A stretch of 62,596 nucleotides of DNA, filler included, from Rhabdomonas costata (Eukaryota), in the NCBI GenBank assembly GCA_019059605.1. It is 43 parts of 43 records of this genome, joined end to end, with 100 filler letters (N's around TTAATTAATTAA, not from the genome) between each part and the next. Parts side by side here need not be neighbours in the genome. Positions count along the whole stretch, not along the records: positions 36,461 to 37,818 come from JAHMHO010018342.1; positions 37,919 to 39,275 come from JAHMHO010018343.1; positions 39,376 to 40,731 come from JAHMHO010018344.1; positions 40,832 to 42,187 come from JAHMHO010018345.1; positions 42,288 to 43,644 come from JAHMHO010018346.1; positions 43,745 to 45,101 come from JAHMHO010018347.1; positions 45,202 to 46,558 come from JAHMHO010018348.1; positions 46,659 to 48,015 come from JAHMHO010018349.1; 35 more parts are not named here. One strand, 5' to 3'. The position numbers were made by a program, and so were the translations under genes. Below the pieces are notes generated by a model, which was not told the DNA's origin, searched no databases, and was given only the letters and a program-made list of their open reading frames with translations. This document shows positions 37,099 to 50,570 of the stretch, in pieces. Position 1 is the stretch's first letter, and each line of letters begins with the position of its first letter.

Positions 37099-38661
37099 TC
37101 CACACAGGAAAATTATCCTGCATTATGCTGCATATCCTGCAAATTATGCTGCAATCACAACATGCGACAATTTGAAAAACACCTTCTGTCTCTCTTTTCA
37201 TACACCCAAACACCTCAACACCGGCATTCCTGAAAAATAGCAGCTTTATCACAGAGACATGTGATCCTAAAAGGGTGGTTACACTTTAAAGCTACTTTCA
37301 TTGGGTGAATCGGGGCAAGTAGCGGCACAAAAGGGAGGCAAATGGGTGAAAGGTATTTTCCCCTCCATCTTCTCCTACTTCAAGGGTGCGCGACTCAGCC
37401 CCAACGAGGTGCTCGGGCTAGGCTTGCAATAGTAACTTTCCTGAGCATCGTCATGCGCCATGTTTGTTGTCTAAAAACAAAAATCGAACACTTGATTTTA
37501 TATCATTTTCTGAAGCTAAAGCGCCTGGATCTTCATTTTCGACTGTGAAAAATGCGGCAAAATGAGGCCATCCTGGCACCCCCTAGAGGCGGCTCTTTTT
37601 ATCTCTCCAGCTCTGTGCCCCTGCCATCAGCTCGGGAAAGGGAGCCGAGCCTCCCCATGCCATTAGAGGTGACGCGCAGAGGAACGTTATGGATGCTTTT
37701 TCGGGTTCTAATTCATAAAGACTTTCAAATCACAACAAGACAGGCTGCTCGAAGCATTGGCAGACTGAGGCACAGAGCAAGGAAGGGATGAGTTCACAAG
37801 GAGTATATAATTTTACAANNNNNNNNNNNNNNNNNNNNNNNNNNNNNNNNNNNNNNNNNNNNTTAATTAATTAANNNNNNNNNNNNNNNNNNNNNNNNNN
37901 NNNNNNNNNNNNNNNNNNGCCCCGCGGTCCCGCCCCTGACACCAACCACCCTGGACCTCAACGGCAGTGCCAGCGGAACGGGCCTTGGCGCGGAGAGCGC
38001 CGGGGCCCCACCCGGGGAATTCTCCGCGCCTTCGATGCCCTCGTCCCTGGCCTCATCCTCGTCCTCGTCGGCATCGAGCGGGCTACCGCCCCAGGGCACC
38101 GCGCTTCCCTCTTGGGTTACCTCAGGGGAGAAGGTGTGTTGAACTGGGCTCGCTTTATCCACCGCAAACCCCCACGAACGAACGAAGACGGCGTTTCAGA
38201 CACGCACAGTCCATAGTGCTGGGTTTCAGGCGGTTGGCAGCTCCGTGCAGGTTTATGATCACCTGAACTGTCAGCGGGATTTTCAATTTATGTTCCAGTG
38301 TTTTGTTCCCTTGCCCTGCCGATTTGGCCCTGGTGTTACGCCTCAAGGTATTTTGCCTCTTCATTTGGAAGGTTCTGATAACATTTCAAGGCTTTCCAGG
38401 AGGTCTCGTGTTTGTTTTCCTCAAAGACTGATTTCATCTCATCTGCTGTAATGAATAATATGGATAAACCCTCGATGTTTTGCGGAGAAGCGTCCCCCCC
38501 CCCTCGATTACACTTGGTGTGTGGAAATTTCCCTGCTGTTGTGGTCATCGGTTCTGTCATGGTTATCAGATCGGCATCCCGTACTATTCGCGGGTTGGGA
38601 TGAAACGTGCAAACCAGGTATTAACTTTCCGGTCCCTCCCGTGTCACGGCGTTTGCGTGTA

Positions 38662-39200
38662 GTTTATGGTGTACATCGGGCCGTCTGCTACGGAGAGCTC
38701 CAGTGCGGGGGCCCATCCCCCCTCTGCGGTTGGGTTCTCGCTGGCGGTGAAGGACCTGCTTTGCTACCCGGACTCCCTCCTGGCGAAGTTCTGGCTGAAC
38801 AGGGACACCTGGAAGCCCGGAGAGAGCTTCGACCGGTTGTCGTGTGAGCAGGATCGGGTTGGGAGATGTTGGGTCCCCTCTCCTTCAAAACAGGCTGATG
38901 ATTTTTTTCGCCCTTCTTCTCACGCTTCCACGAAATTAGAGGGAAATGCTGCGTCCTTGTGGTTGAAGCAGATTATTTTTCTGTTGATTGTTCTGTTTTT
39001 CTCCTTGCTTCCCCCTCAAACGAAACCTGCAAACCTGCTCAGACCGCTTCCGGGCATGTTTGATGATTTGGCTGTTGCTGACTCCTAGAGCGCCCTCCCC
39101 TTACCACTTCCCAGCGACCTAGCGCTGTTCCAGCAGTGTATCAAGCCTTTCTACGAGTCTGGGCTGATCCATCTCCAGAACGTCTCTCAGCTAGAGGCCG
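38662..39200 (+). CDS. BTB/POZ (KCTD-type) domain protein fragment
   Basis: FSLAVKDLLCYPDSLLAKFW...|SALPLPLPSDLALFQQCIKPFYESGLIHL. Confidence 0.6.
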
Positions 39201-40188
39201 CGGAGCAGGTTCCACATCGAATCCATTCTTTCAGCACTTTTCCCTACCTTCCTTCAGAGTTCCCAGCAAGGAATTNNNNNNNNNNNNNNNNNNNNNNNNN
39301 NNNNNNNNNNNNNNNNNNNTTAATTAATTAANNNNNNNNNNNNNNNNNNNNNNNNNNNNNNNNNNNNNNNNNNNNGTTTGTTCTGTACAAATACAGCTTC
39401 AGGAGACGTGGGGTGTGTCCAGAAAAAGCCATGGAGGAGCAGTTTTTTTTTTCGCTTCTTGTGGTGTGCAATACCCACAGTGGTCACCAGAAAGCGCAAC
39501 TGGACGCAGTCGACTGGGCACAAGTCGACACAAAATGGGATGCTGGAACGATTTTGTAAAAAGGGGCCGGGGAGAGTGTGGCAGACAGCTCCACTTGGAT
39601 GCCCACTGTCCTGATATTATTTCAATGACGAACCACAACACTGCAAATACGGCACTATTTGCAGCCGACCCCAACTGCACTGAACACAGAAACACAATTC
39701 AATTTCTTGCTTCACACTAATTCCAGCACTCTTTTTTGTGGCCATAATCGCTCCCTCCCCACGTTTGCGAACCAAAAAGGAGGTCACCCCCACCACGCCT
39801 GCGAGCAACAGTGATGAGTGATGCACTTCTACTAAAACCCCATGAAAGGCCCTTCAAAGAGATGCGTGCTTCACAAATCACCTTGAGGCCAAGGACTTCT
39901 CATATGAGACATGTGTGCAGCACTCTAACCCTAACCCAGCGAGAGACCTTCTCCTCCTTCCAATTTTCAGAGGGAACCGTGATCAACCCCCTCCCCCTCC
40001 CCCGCACCAGCTGCAGTGCGCACCCTTGCCTCTCCCAAGAAAGCCCTTCTGCAGGAACACTGTGCAACATCACAAGCAAAAGTAATTCAAGCGACCAGTC
40101 AGAAAAGTCAAGGAGTGACTCTGTGACGAATGGCACCCTTCAGCCACTCTGGCTCAGACGTGCAGATCGAGAATCCGAGCAATCTTTC

Positions 40189-40435
40189 TCAAGAAAAGGC
40201 AGCAGACGCAGAAGACTGTGATGGCATGTGGTCAGGCTCTGGCTCAGGGTGTTCCCTCTGCTGGGAAGATGGGGGTGGCTCTGGGGACTCATCGAAGAGC
40301 CTTTTCGGAACCAGTGGAAACCTCCACTGGATCAGCGCCGTCTGGAAGTCCGGGTTGGCCCGTCTCAGCATGGGCAAAGCCTGCTCCACGTCGGAGTCAG
40401 TGGCCACGGCCAGCGTGTAGGGCCAAGGCACACCC
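40189..40435 (-). CDS. Last exon of an unknown protein
   Basis: cag|GVPWPYTLAVATDSDVEQALPMLRRANPDFQTALIQWRFP...AFS*. Confidence 0.45.
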
Positions 40436-41091
40436 TGCAGCCCACCCCAAGAGGGCAGCAGGAGGACACCCACTGACCAAAAGACAACCACGAGGACAAA
40501 GGAACAAAAGAACCCGACACCCCACTTTGAAAAGCTAACTTCATAATAATAAAAACCAATAAAAACCATGGGTTTCTGCTCCAATGCATATCGCGGTGGA
40601 AACTGTAATTCGCGAACTGAAAAAGAAGGATTGTGACCAAACTAATGCACCTGAAGCAAGTTTCTCCACTGAAAAACTCCTGCAATCCCATAATCAGACC
40701 AAAAATGCTAACAAATGGATCTGAAAAGAAANNNNNNNNNNNNNNNNNNNNNNNNNNNNNNNNNNNNNNNNNNNNTTAATTAATTAANNNNNNNNNNNNN
40801 NNNNNNNNNNNNNNNNNNNNNNNNNNNNNNNAGAAAAAAAGAAGAGAAGAGAAGAGAAGAAAAAAGGGCATATGAAGTCTCAAAAAGTCTGTTAAAGATT
40901 AGAACTCAGTCAAATGAAATCCTCAAGGGAAAAAGGACAAACCACATTTTCGCTGTTTGCAGTCACCAAGGCAAGCCCACACAGACAGGGTGCCAATCGG
41001 TCTGCATCCAAGGTCAAACAGCAAATATATGAACACAACGTAAATGCGTTGGGAACCACATTTTACGCACACAATAACGTCTTTGCACGAA

Positions 41092-41611
41092 TTACATTTC
41101 CTTTTCCCAAGGAACTTCGAACTTCTGTGGTACCAGATTTTCTTTTTCTCTGACGGCGGCTTTTGCTGCGTTGTGCAAACTGGAGCACATTTTCTTCTTT
41201 GACTTAGGAACAGATGTGACTGGAAAGAAGGAACCAAAAATTTCGGAAGGGAGGTACGTCTAGGTGCAACCACGAGTGCTCGGAAAGCATTTTGCATGTT
41301 GGGGAAGAAACTCGCTTTGGGAGAAAGCCCTCCCTAATTTCAGGGTCCGCAATATATTCAGTAATCCGCACACACGGTGGCAGCTCTCACATATATTCTT
41401 CTTTGACTTAGGGACATGACTACATGGACTACCTGAGCACGTTGCTTAACGAAGGCACGCGCGAAGGTCACACCGACATCACAGGCAGGAAGAACATTAA
41501 AGTAGTGTTGTACGTCGACAGGTACTCCGCCCACTTCACCCGCCAGCACTCCTGGAAGTTCTCGAACCGCAGCGGGGGCCGAACAACCCCGGAAAAGTGA
41601 GAATAAGCCAT
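41092..41611 (-). CDS. Complete three-exon orphan gene, ~115 aa, one likely TM helix; exons 41474-41611, 41391-41432, 41092-41259
   Basis: MAYSHFSGVVRPPLRFENFQECWRVKWAEYLSTYNTTLMFFLPVMS|VVHVVMSLSQRRIY|TYLPSEIFGSFFP...EVPWEKEM*; both introns GT-AG, phase 0. Confidence 0.55.
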
Positions 41612-42484
41612 CTCACAGGCCCCCTCCCCAAAGGAAAGACACACTCCTCTATAAACTTTTCCCCCCACAAAACGGAAACGGTAAAAGCTCTCAAAAAAAC
41701 AGCCCGATTCACAATAACACCTCTGCAAGGGTGCAATTTGGTCGCGGAAAAAGAAGAGCATAAAGGGGCCCCCGTAGCAAAACCCCAGGTCTCTGCGAAA
41801 TATGAGCTGATGGCAGAGAGCTAACCCAGCTCGAGACAGCAGAATTTGAAGAAAAACAAGAATGCCACGTTGCCTAGTGACCCCCTCCACGAAAATTCTA
41901 GCCCTCCACGAAAATTCTAGCAATCCCGATGAGTCCGAGATGTCCCAGCAGCGGTGTTAGCTCTTCTTCTGCCAGGTGACAAAAACCAATTAGAACTTTA
42001 TCAGACAGTTCCTCATTTATATCCGTGTTCTGGTTGCAATGCACGTGCCCCCTGGGAATGCAATACAAACTTTGCAGGGGGTTAGGGAGCGAAATGCCCT
42101 TCCCACTCAAGTCAGGGCCAATTTTTTGGAATTTCCGGAGACTCACCGCATGGACGCCTTCCAACGCTCTCTGAAGCTGTGAAAAAANNNNNNNNNNNNN
42201 NNNNNNNNNNNNNNNNNNNNNNNNNNNNNNNTTAATTAATTAANNNNNNNNNNNNNNNNNNNNNNNNNNNNNNNNNNNNNNNNNNNNATGGATTGTTTGT
42301 ACGCACAGCCGAGCGCTTATAGACGAATATCCCCCCCCGCCCGTTTGTTCATGTGCGGGGAACAATAACATGCAATGCAAACTGATGCGTCTCATGTCCG
42401 AAAAGGGAAAAATTTACAAACAAGTCACGCACTTAGGAGAGAGAGAGCGTGGTGAGAAATAGCTGTGGGAAAACAGCTGCAAAC

Positions 42485-42673
42485 CGATGCGCGTCCCCGT
42501 TACAGTGAGGGTGGATGTGAGAGTCTGGGACGAGGTTGGCAAGCTCGTCGGCGTAGAACTCATGGTAGGAGTCGAAGTTGCCTTGACAGTGGCCGACGAC
42601 GTCAAACTTGGTGTGAAGCTTGGCACAAGGGTCGGAGTAGAAGTCAGCGTCGGACTCGGGGAAGGGGTCAGTG
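42485..42673 (-). CDS. Mucin-like Ser/Thr/Pro exon of a surface protein
   Basis: LTPSPSPTLTSTPTLVPSFTPSLTSSATVKATSTPTMSSTPTSLPTSSQTLTSTLTVT. Confidence 0.6.
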
Positions 42674-43977
42674 CTGTAGCAGTGAAGTGCAGCAGTTGGT
42701 AACTACGTAGGTCGTGACGGTGCTACGCAGATATGCAGAATTACAGAAGGTGCCCTTCACACCGACATCTGCACAATTCTTTCGGTGTCTATGGGTTTCA
42801 GTGCAGAATGTTCCAAATTGAACCTGTGAACAGCACACACTGCATTTCTTTTGACAGTGTTCGCAGTTCATACATGCAATATCCAAGTACATTGGGGTGT
42901 CCAAAGTCCCAAAGTCCGGCACCCAAGAAGAGTGAAGAGTGGAGAAATTGGAAATAATGTAGCAAAGGGAAGAGCAGAGAAACAAAGAGGACCACGAAAC
43001 CCTGGGAGTGGGAGAAACGAGGGCATTTCCTGAACAAAATGAAAAGAGAGGTGCGAGCACGGGGGGTGGGGGGTGAAATGAGGTTTGTGGAATGAACAGG
43101 ACAATGAAAAAAGAGAAAAGCGAGAATGGGAACGTACGTGCGTGCGTGTGTTAGTGTGTGTGCATCTGTGCTGGATGGGCTGGTGTCATGTCCGCGAACA
43201 CAGCAGAAAGTGTGTGCTGTGCTGCACGCACTGCACACAACCGTCCCTTTGCCATGACATCCGACAAGGACAGACACCAAAAGGCAACCTGGAAGGCATC
43301 AACCCACATACAAGACAGCGAAATCCTAGAAAACGCTTCCGGGTACGCGGCTATCTTCCTCTTATTCTAAGGCAAATCCACTAATACAGGCCGCAGAGTG
43401 GTCGGGCCAAAAAACCTCAACCATCTTGCGAAGCCGACAAAAACACTCTCCCTGCCAAGCAATCTTCCGGCGCAGCGGGAAGAATCATTTTGTTGCAGAG
43501 ATCCAGAAGGAAACAGGCCGCCTCTGTGGGAGTCCTCAGTGCTGCATCTCTCCGCCCGCACACGTTCCCACAGCGGTTTTTTCGCGACTTGGATACATCG
43601 GGAAGGTGAACAAAATCCTCCTTCTGAAACTATCTCCCAAACCANNNNNNNNNNNNNNNNNNNNNNNNNNNNNNNNNNNNNNNNNNNNTTAATTAATTAA
43701 NNNNNNNNNNNNNNNNNNNNNNNNNNNNNNNNNNNNNNNNNNNNGTTTTTCAACAATGGTGGACAGAGAAGATATACGCAAAGGGCGGAGAAAATTTGGT
43801 GGTTCCTTGGATGGTGAAATGGTCAGGGAAGAAGGTGTGCAGGTTTTCCTTTCCTCGGAGAAGTGTGAATATTCACTCATACAGGGAGGCTTGACTTGTC
43901 TGTTGATGTCAGCAGATATGATCAGGTGCTTTGGATTACAGCGGCAGTTTTGCTATCTTTACGATCTTTGTTGCAAA

Positions 43978-44702
43978 ATGCCTGTGACCTTCGAGGTGCA
44001 ACTTTTGCCTGACGAGCTCTGGGCTCTTATTTTCTCCTTCTTGCATCCTCGGGATGTTGGGCGCACGTCACTTTGCGGCAGCTTCAGGTTGGCAAGTGTT
44101 GCCTCGTTGGAACTGAAAACACGGGCTCGACCTCGAGCGTTTACTGGCCACATGGAAGCGGTTTGGTGTTGCGCAATCAGCCCATCAGGTTTCTCGTTGG
44201 ATGGAGAATGTACAACCGTGCTTACAAGCACTGTTTTTTTCAACCATTTATCGACCGAACTTTAACTTGTCGCCGGGGAGCCCGACTTGCATGTTTAGGT
44301 TTGTGTGCTTGCTCAAGCCGAGTGTGTTCGTTCTTTCCCAGTAAAGATGATGCATGTTTTTCGTTGGGTTTTTTGTAGACGCGTGCAGTTTATAGTTCCT
44401 GTGACCCGGAGTCCTTCTTTGTTGGTCCTGCATGTGTGACCCCCATGCACTGCTTTACCCTTTGCTTTTCGCTTTTAGGGCACCGAATTGTCTCGTCGGC
44501 GAAGGACAAGACGCTGAGGTTTTGGGGTGCTGTCACCGGAAAGGAGACCATGGCGCTCCAGGGACACTTATGCGGGGTGAATTCCTGTGTTTTCAGTCCT
44601 GACGGTAAATTCTTACTCAGCGGCAGCGGAGACAAGACGGCCGTTCTCTGGGACTCCCTTACCGGAGCCCAGATCACGTCCTTCGTTGGCCACGTCCGCT
44701 CG
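43978..44702 (+). CDS. F-box/WD40 protein; exons 43978-44188 and 44479-44702
   Basis: LLPDELWALIFSFL (F-box); GHMEAVWCCAISPS|GHRIVSSAKDKTLRFW; GHLCGVNSCVFSPDGKFLLSGSGDKTAVLWD. Confidence 0.92.
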
Positions 44703-45754
44703 GTACCGTGAGATTGCAAACCCTCTGCACTTCTGGGGCAATCGGGCTGCGAAAACGCCACTCGCACGAGGATCTCTTTTTGGATATTCGCGAAGCCACT
44801 GAGTGAAGGAACAATCCTGGAGCACCACCCAAAAAAACCGCAAGTTCCCTGGCCCTCCTTCCATGGAAACTCATCTTGCTAGATCGCCAGGTGCAGGAGG
44901 ATACAGGCTTGCATGCGACACCGCGTTCATGTTTCATAGCCTGGTATCAGCCGCCGCCTTCATCCAATAATGTACTGCTGAGCGAGGGTAGGGCCGAAGA
45001 TCTTTGCTGTGCGTGTGCTCACTACACGTTATTGCGCGATTACTGCGCGCCACAACCTTCACAACCTTTGCAACCGTTTCTAAATGAAACTCAACACCCC
45101 CNNNNNNNNNNNNNNNNNNNNNNNNNNNNNNNNNNNNNNNNNNNNTTAATTAATTAANNNNNNNNNNNNNNNNNNNNNNNNNNNNNNNNNNNNNNNNNNN
45201 NTGATTTTATGTGCTCTGGTATTGCGCAAGGAAGACGGGGATTGGGTAATTGGGGGGGATGCCCCGACGCGCACTTACTGTTTTTGAGTTGGGGGGGAAT
45301 TATGTTTTCGGTATGGTGAGTGGATGATGGCCAGGGTTCGCGATGGGCCTTATTCGCGGACCTTGCTTTCCATGATTTCCCATCAGAAGTTTTAATTGGT
45401 TTGGAACAAAAACTCTCTCCCCTGAGGCACCCATACTGGTTTTCATGTTGGTTTAGCCCTTTTTGTGGCTGACGTGATTGATTGGCTTGGGTAACGTCCT
45501 TTGAGGTTGGTTAATAGTCCTGTTGGCGTCGCGTAGTACTGCGCCGCAGGGTTTCAGGGCCGGCACAGACATAGGCACCGACGCCTTTTTTGTTTCGCAC
45601 GAGTCCATCGCTGATAACGGCTCAACAGGGTCCCGATTGTGGCTCCGTTGCTGCATTTCCAGCTGCAATCTTCCGCTCCCTCCCCTTCTTTTCTTCTTCT
45701 ACTTCTCTTGTGCTTTTCGTGACTTCGGGAGTGGGGGATAGTTTTACATCCCCC

Positions 45755-46503
45755 ATGAAAATGTTGCGGCTGTCCTTGTGGAGCAGGGCACTGCTCGCTG
45801 TAATGGCACTGCTGGTCCCCGCATCACTTGGGCATGGCGAGAGTTTCCGGCCGCAAGCTTGTACGTCTCCCCCCCCACCTTCTCAGCGTTTTCGTATAGC
45901 CGGCGAAAAGTAAACGATACATTTAGTTGGATGGTGGTGAGAATTCTTCCTTGTTTTCTCCCCTCCATTTTGCTTTGCGTCAAGCTAATCAGGCCTGTTC
46001 GAACCGATCGCAAGCAACCAAGCAGCATGCTTCTTTTTCGAAGAATAGTATGCCTCAGCTCAAGTTCCTCAAGTAGCGAACATTCCTGCTTTCTTTCATG
46101 TGTTCGGTAAGCTCACCAAAGCCCTTGTTGGACTGTTGTATCCGTAATTCCCCAAGGGCTTGATGTTGATTTCATGCTTGTTGTTTGGCTGCCGTTGATT
46201 GTGATTTGCTTAGGTGGGCGCTTTGGGTCTTTTGGGTCTTTTTATGTTGCTCAACAGTGACTTTCGAGGTTAATGGAGGGATTTGCCTCGCCCCGTCCCG
46301 TCGTGTAAGGGAGGCTCTTGTCTGTTCCATTTGCTTTTCCCTTTACGCGGTGCTTCCTGTCCACAGACTGTGACATTGTGGTCAGCGGCCGAACGGGGAC
46401 GAACTCCGCGATCAATGCGGTGTACTGGTACCAGGGCACCAGCGGGGGGTACCCGTACTACTTCAACGCCACCAACCAATACTACGTGTACTACACCAGC
46501 ACC
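45755..46503 (+). CDS. Secreted protein: signal-peptide exon plus a Tyr-rich extracellular module
   Basis: MKMLRLSLWSRALLAVMALLVPASLGH|...CDIVVSGRTGTNSAINAVYWYQGTSGGYPYYFNATNQYYVYYTST. Confidence 0.6.
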
Positions 46504-46840
46504 TTTTTCTGCACCAGCGGGGGGTACCCGTACTACTTCAACGCCACCAACCAAAACANNNNNNNNNNNNNNNNNNNNNNNNNNNNNNNNNNNNNNNNNN
46601 NNTTAATTAATTAANNNNNNNNNNNNNNNNNNNNNNNNNNNNNNNNNNNNNNNNNNNNGTTTGTTTGTTAAAGATAATTCCACCAAGGGCATGCTCGCAC
46701 AAAACGGGGTGCCAGCAGCACCAATGGCGGTTTAGCAAACAAAGAAATTGGGTATCTGCCATCAAGCGCCATCTGCAAAATTTGGGCGGCGTTTCGGCAG
46801 ATATCCGTACAGGCACACACAGGCTGAGCTGAACGTGGCG

Positions 46841-46895
46841 GCGGTGCGGTGCGGTGCGGTGCGGTGCGGTGCGGTGCGGTGCGGTGCGGTGCGGT
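46841..46895. repeat. (GCGGT)n pentanucleotide microsatellite
   Basis: About 11 perfect units. Confidence 0.95.
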
Positions 46896-47539
46896 GGGTG
46901 GGATATTGTCCATTACATGGCATAAGAAAGTCCGAGTTTTGAGTATACTACAAAAGGTGAATCAATTCAATCAGGTCATTTAACTCAATCAGGTGAATTA
47001 CACCTGCTGCCACAGGGAAACCTGCGAAAGCCAATGCATACCCATAGAGCTGTTGCCATGCGCCACTGAGCTGAATCAACAAAGGCCAAATCAAGGTAAC
47101 ATGAAAAACGCCTCTGAAACAAACCTAATATGAAAAAAAAACATCAGGCTCACGGGCTAAAGCTAACCAAAATCCCATATTCACATTTCAGACCAAGTGT
47201 CCCCCACAACCCACACGTCCTGCCGCAGGAAAGAGGTCCGTCACACTGGGCAGCACGAACCTCGGCGGCCTCGTCATAGGCAGGGTCGTCGGGGTCCACG
47301 GTCAAATCCTTGGGATACCCAGAATAGTCCAGAGTCAGCCCAGACCCTGGGGCCTTCCCCACCTCAATGTACTCCTAAGCGGAGGGGAAAAAGGGAAGTG
47401 GGAGGAAACCCGGTTGATGGGAGCTGTAAACAACAGCGACAATCAGGCGAGAATTTCTGTCCTGATGGGCGGTGAAACGGTACCTCGCGGTTAAATCCAA
47501 ATCAGCTCGAGCCTTAGCAAGGGTATAAGGTAGGCTCAA

Positions 47540-47870
47540 ACCATGAGCTTAGGCTTCAGCCCAGGGCAGCACGCGTGGCTCTTCGTCAGCACCCCCGCGG
47601 CGCGGTACGTGGGCCGTGAGCACCGGCAGCCCTCGATGTTCAACCTTCGCAGGAGCTGCCGCGGTCTCACCGCGCGGTCCAGGAGGTACCGCACCCCCTC
47701 TTCGCCGAAGTAGTTGTAGCTGACGTCGACGTCGGTGAGGGCTCGATGGGTGGCCAGGACCCGGGCCAGGGCGTCGGCTGCATCGGGACCTAGGTCCTGG
47801 TTCCGGGACAGGTTCAGGCGGGTCAGGCTGTTGTCGTTGAAGGAGAGCATCGTACAGAGGTGCCGAACCC
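47540..47870 (-). CDS. RNI-like leucine-rich repeat protein exon; a further exon probably at ~47261-47376
   Basis: SLTRLNLSRNQDLGPDAADALARVLATHRALTDVDVSYNYFGEEGVRYLL...LRRLNIEGC. Confidence 0.85.
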
Positions 47871-48419
47871 TGCGGAGAGGAGGGGAGGCTAAGTTACAGC
47901 TCAGCCAGCCCATAGAAATCACTCAGTGAGATTTAGTGAAAGGGGTGGGCTCTGAGCAGAGCAGCTATACGATCTTCTGCGTACATGTAGTGACTGGGGT
48001 TTCGAACCCCACCACNNNNNNNNNNNNNNNNNNNNNNNNNNNNNNNNNNNNNNNNNNNNTTAATTAATTAANNNNNNNNNNNNNNNNNNNNNNNNNNNNN
48101 NNNNNNNNNNNNNNNATAGCGAGGGAGGTGGGGGGAAGCTGGGATGAGAGCGGAAGGCAGAGGGACAGAGAGAAGACCTCCCAGCCACACGCTGCCTGCA
48201 GGGCAACTATCCACCATTGCAGGTTAGTTGGTTCGCAGCTTTGGGTTCCCCACTAGTTTGCTGTGCCCTGAGCCACCATTTTGCGATGTAGTTTTTCTTC
48301 TCTTCTCTGGTTTGGTGGTCATCACTCCCTCGTCCTTGTTCACCCGCCTTTTTGGTGGCCCCCTTTTGTGGGTTGCTTCTCTCTCTCTTTCTGGTTTGCG
48401 TCCCAAGTGCGGCGCTGGG

Positions 48420-49328
48420 ATGTTGCCCACGATTAGCTTTGCCCTGGTGGTGCTGCCTCACCCCACCCGGAAAGGGGTGTTCGCCCTGGTCCACGAGTTC
48501 GATGACAAGGGGTGGTGGCTCCCTGGGGGTGGGGTGGACTGCGGGGAGACCTTCCCGGAGGTGCGTTCAGTGCTGCTGTGGCTCTCCCTCTTTCCCTCTT
48601 TCTGTCAAACAGTGACACCATGGTGGTTGTGGTATTTTGCCATTGCCACTCTTTGTGTTGATCTCCTTTCCTAATTCGAAATAGCTTTAGAGCGGGCCAA
48701 TCCATTGAACCTTCAAGGTGTCAAGGTGTGAAGATGCGGTCAAGGCCAGAAGCTGGAAAGCTCCCAGCAAACGCAACTCAAGACTGCTGCTATCTTCACC
48801 ATGCGTGAACCGGCCGAGTGCAGCTCAAGATATCATACCCATGCCAGGTCCCGATGCTGCTGATGGAAGACGTGCGAGCACCCAGGCTGCACGCGTCTTA
48901 GTTTAGGGGCAGCTTTACTTTCCATCATCGCTCTCCTTTGTGTGCGTATGTTTCCTTTCCGTCTTTTCATCGCACAAGCATACAAAAGCACGAACAAGCA
49001 GACACCACTGTCCCTAAGTCAAAGAAGAAAAGCCACTGGAAGATCCTCAGAACGCCAACGAGAATTCTCGAAAACACGCACACACACACACACACACGCA
49101 CACGCACACACGCTCGCGCAGATGCACACGCGCACCGTTACGTGGTATATTTCTATGCAGGGGGCTTTGCGGGAGACGCGAGAGGAGGCCGGGGCTGCGG
49201 TTGAGCTGACCGGGGTGCTCAGCATCGAGTACACTCTGAATGCGAATTCACGGCTGCTGGTGACCTACACGGCCAGGCTGCTGGACCCGGACCGCCCCTT
49301 GAAGGCCACCGAGGACTCGGAGTCAAAG
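48420..49328 (+). CDS. Nudix hydrolase; exons 48420-48560 and 49161-49328
   Basis: Nudix box split by an intron: WWLPGGGVDCGETFPE|GALRETREEAG. Confidence 0.92.
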
Positions 49329-50066
49329 GTGTGTAGGTGGGTGGATTTCTGTTCAGTGTTGCATTCACATCCCACTCCTGCTCTCTTCTTCCTGCTCTTG
49401 GTGCCCTGCTCTTTCGCTCCTTCACTGCCTCCATTGCTTTCCCTCTTCCCTCTTCCCTCACCCCAACCCACANNNNNNNNNNNNNNNNNNNNNNNNNNNN
49501 NNNNNNNNNNNNNNNNTTAATTAATTAANNNNNNNNNNNNNNNNNNNNNNNNNNNNNNNNNNNNNNNNNNNNGTGTTGGGTGTTTGTGGGCAGGGGAACG
49601 TTGAAAACGTTCGCGGTTTGCGTGCTTCATGCTGAAGATCCCCTGTAATTGTAATTGTAGCTGAAGATTGGTTTTGTAGGTTGGAGGGCAATGGACTTGC
49701 GGGGGCAGGCGTCGTGACCCACACTGCGCACCGGCTTCGTTTCATGGCGTTTACGCCGTCCAACACAATGGCCCTGTTGAGATGCACAAATAGGCAGGCA
49801 TCCTTTTTCCTTTCCTCTTCGTTTTCAGTAATTGGGCGTCTCGCTCTCTAACAGGTCTTTTAAGACCTGTGAGCAGCATTTTCTCATCAGATGAAAAGCA
49901 GCCTGACTCTAATCCTTTGGACGTCGTCTATTGAAAGGCCGCTCCCCCCACCACACACACAAATGCAACAGAGGGTCAGTCATTTTCGATTTTCGACCTG
50001 AGGCCCAGATGCAGGGGTAGTTCCAAAAACTGGAGTTTGTGTCACCTCTTCTTTGCGCTCTCGCAG

Positions 50067-50570
50067 GGTGTGGCAGCGCTGGTTGTGATGTTACAGATCC
50101 TGTTCTGTGGGTACATGATACCGCTGAGCCGGATCCAGCCCTGGTTCCTATGGGCATACTGGGGCTCGCCCCTGTCCTATGCCTACCACGCCATCAGCCT
50201 GAACGAGTTCAAGGCCCCACTGCACTCCACCCTCCTGCCCCACTCCACGAAAACCCTGGGGGACCTCTTCCTGGAGCTCAACGGGTTGTCTACCGACCCC
50301 AAGATGCAGTGGATCGGCCTCGCCGCCCTTGCGGCGCTCTACGCCGCAATGGTGGTCCTTTATGTCGCGGCCACGGTTTGGGTGCGGTGGCCAGAGAGGC
50401 ATGATGGGCAGACTAACGACTGCTTGACTGCGGAGACCGTTGGGGCACCTGGGACGGCTTTGCGGGCGGCAGAGCGAGGGGGGCCCTCCTCGGCAGTGTA
50501 TGGCAGCGTGCCTACCGCAGGTGACGCCGTAGTGCCCTACACTCTGGCCTTCAAGAACCTCACCTACACG
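50067..50570 (+). CDS. Full-size ABCG/PDR transporter exon (end of TMD1 into the NBD2 linker)
   Basis: ILFCGYMIPLSRIQPWFLWAYWGSPLSYAYHAISLNEF...WIGLAAL...PYTLAFKNLTYT. Confidence 0.9.

Noticed and set aside
46511..46553. Duplicated GGYPYYFNATNQ peptide repeat
   Set aside because: Exact copy of 46436-46478 at the contig end; probably an amplification or assembly chimera.
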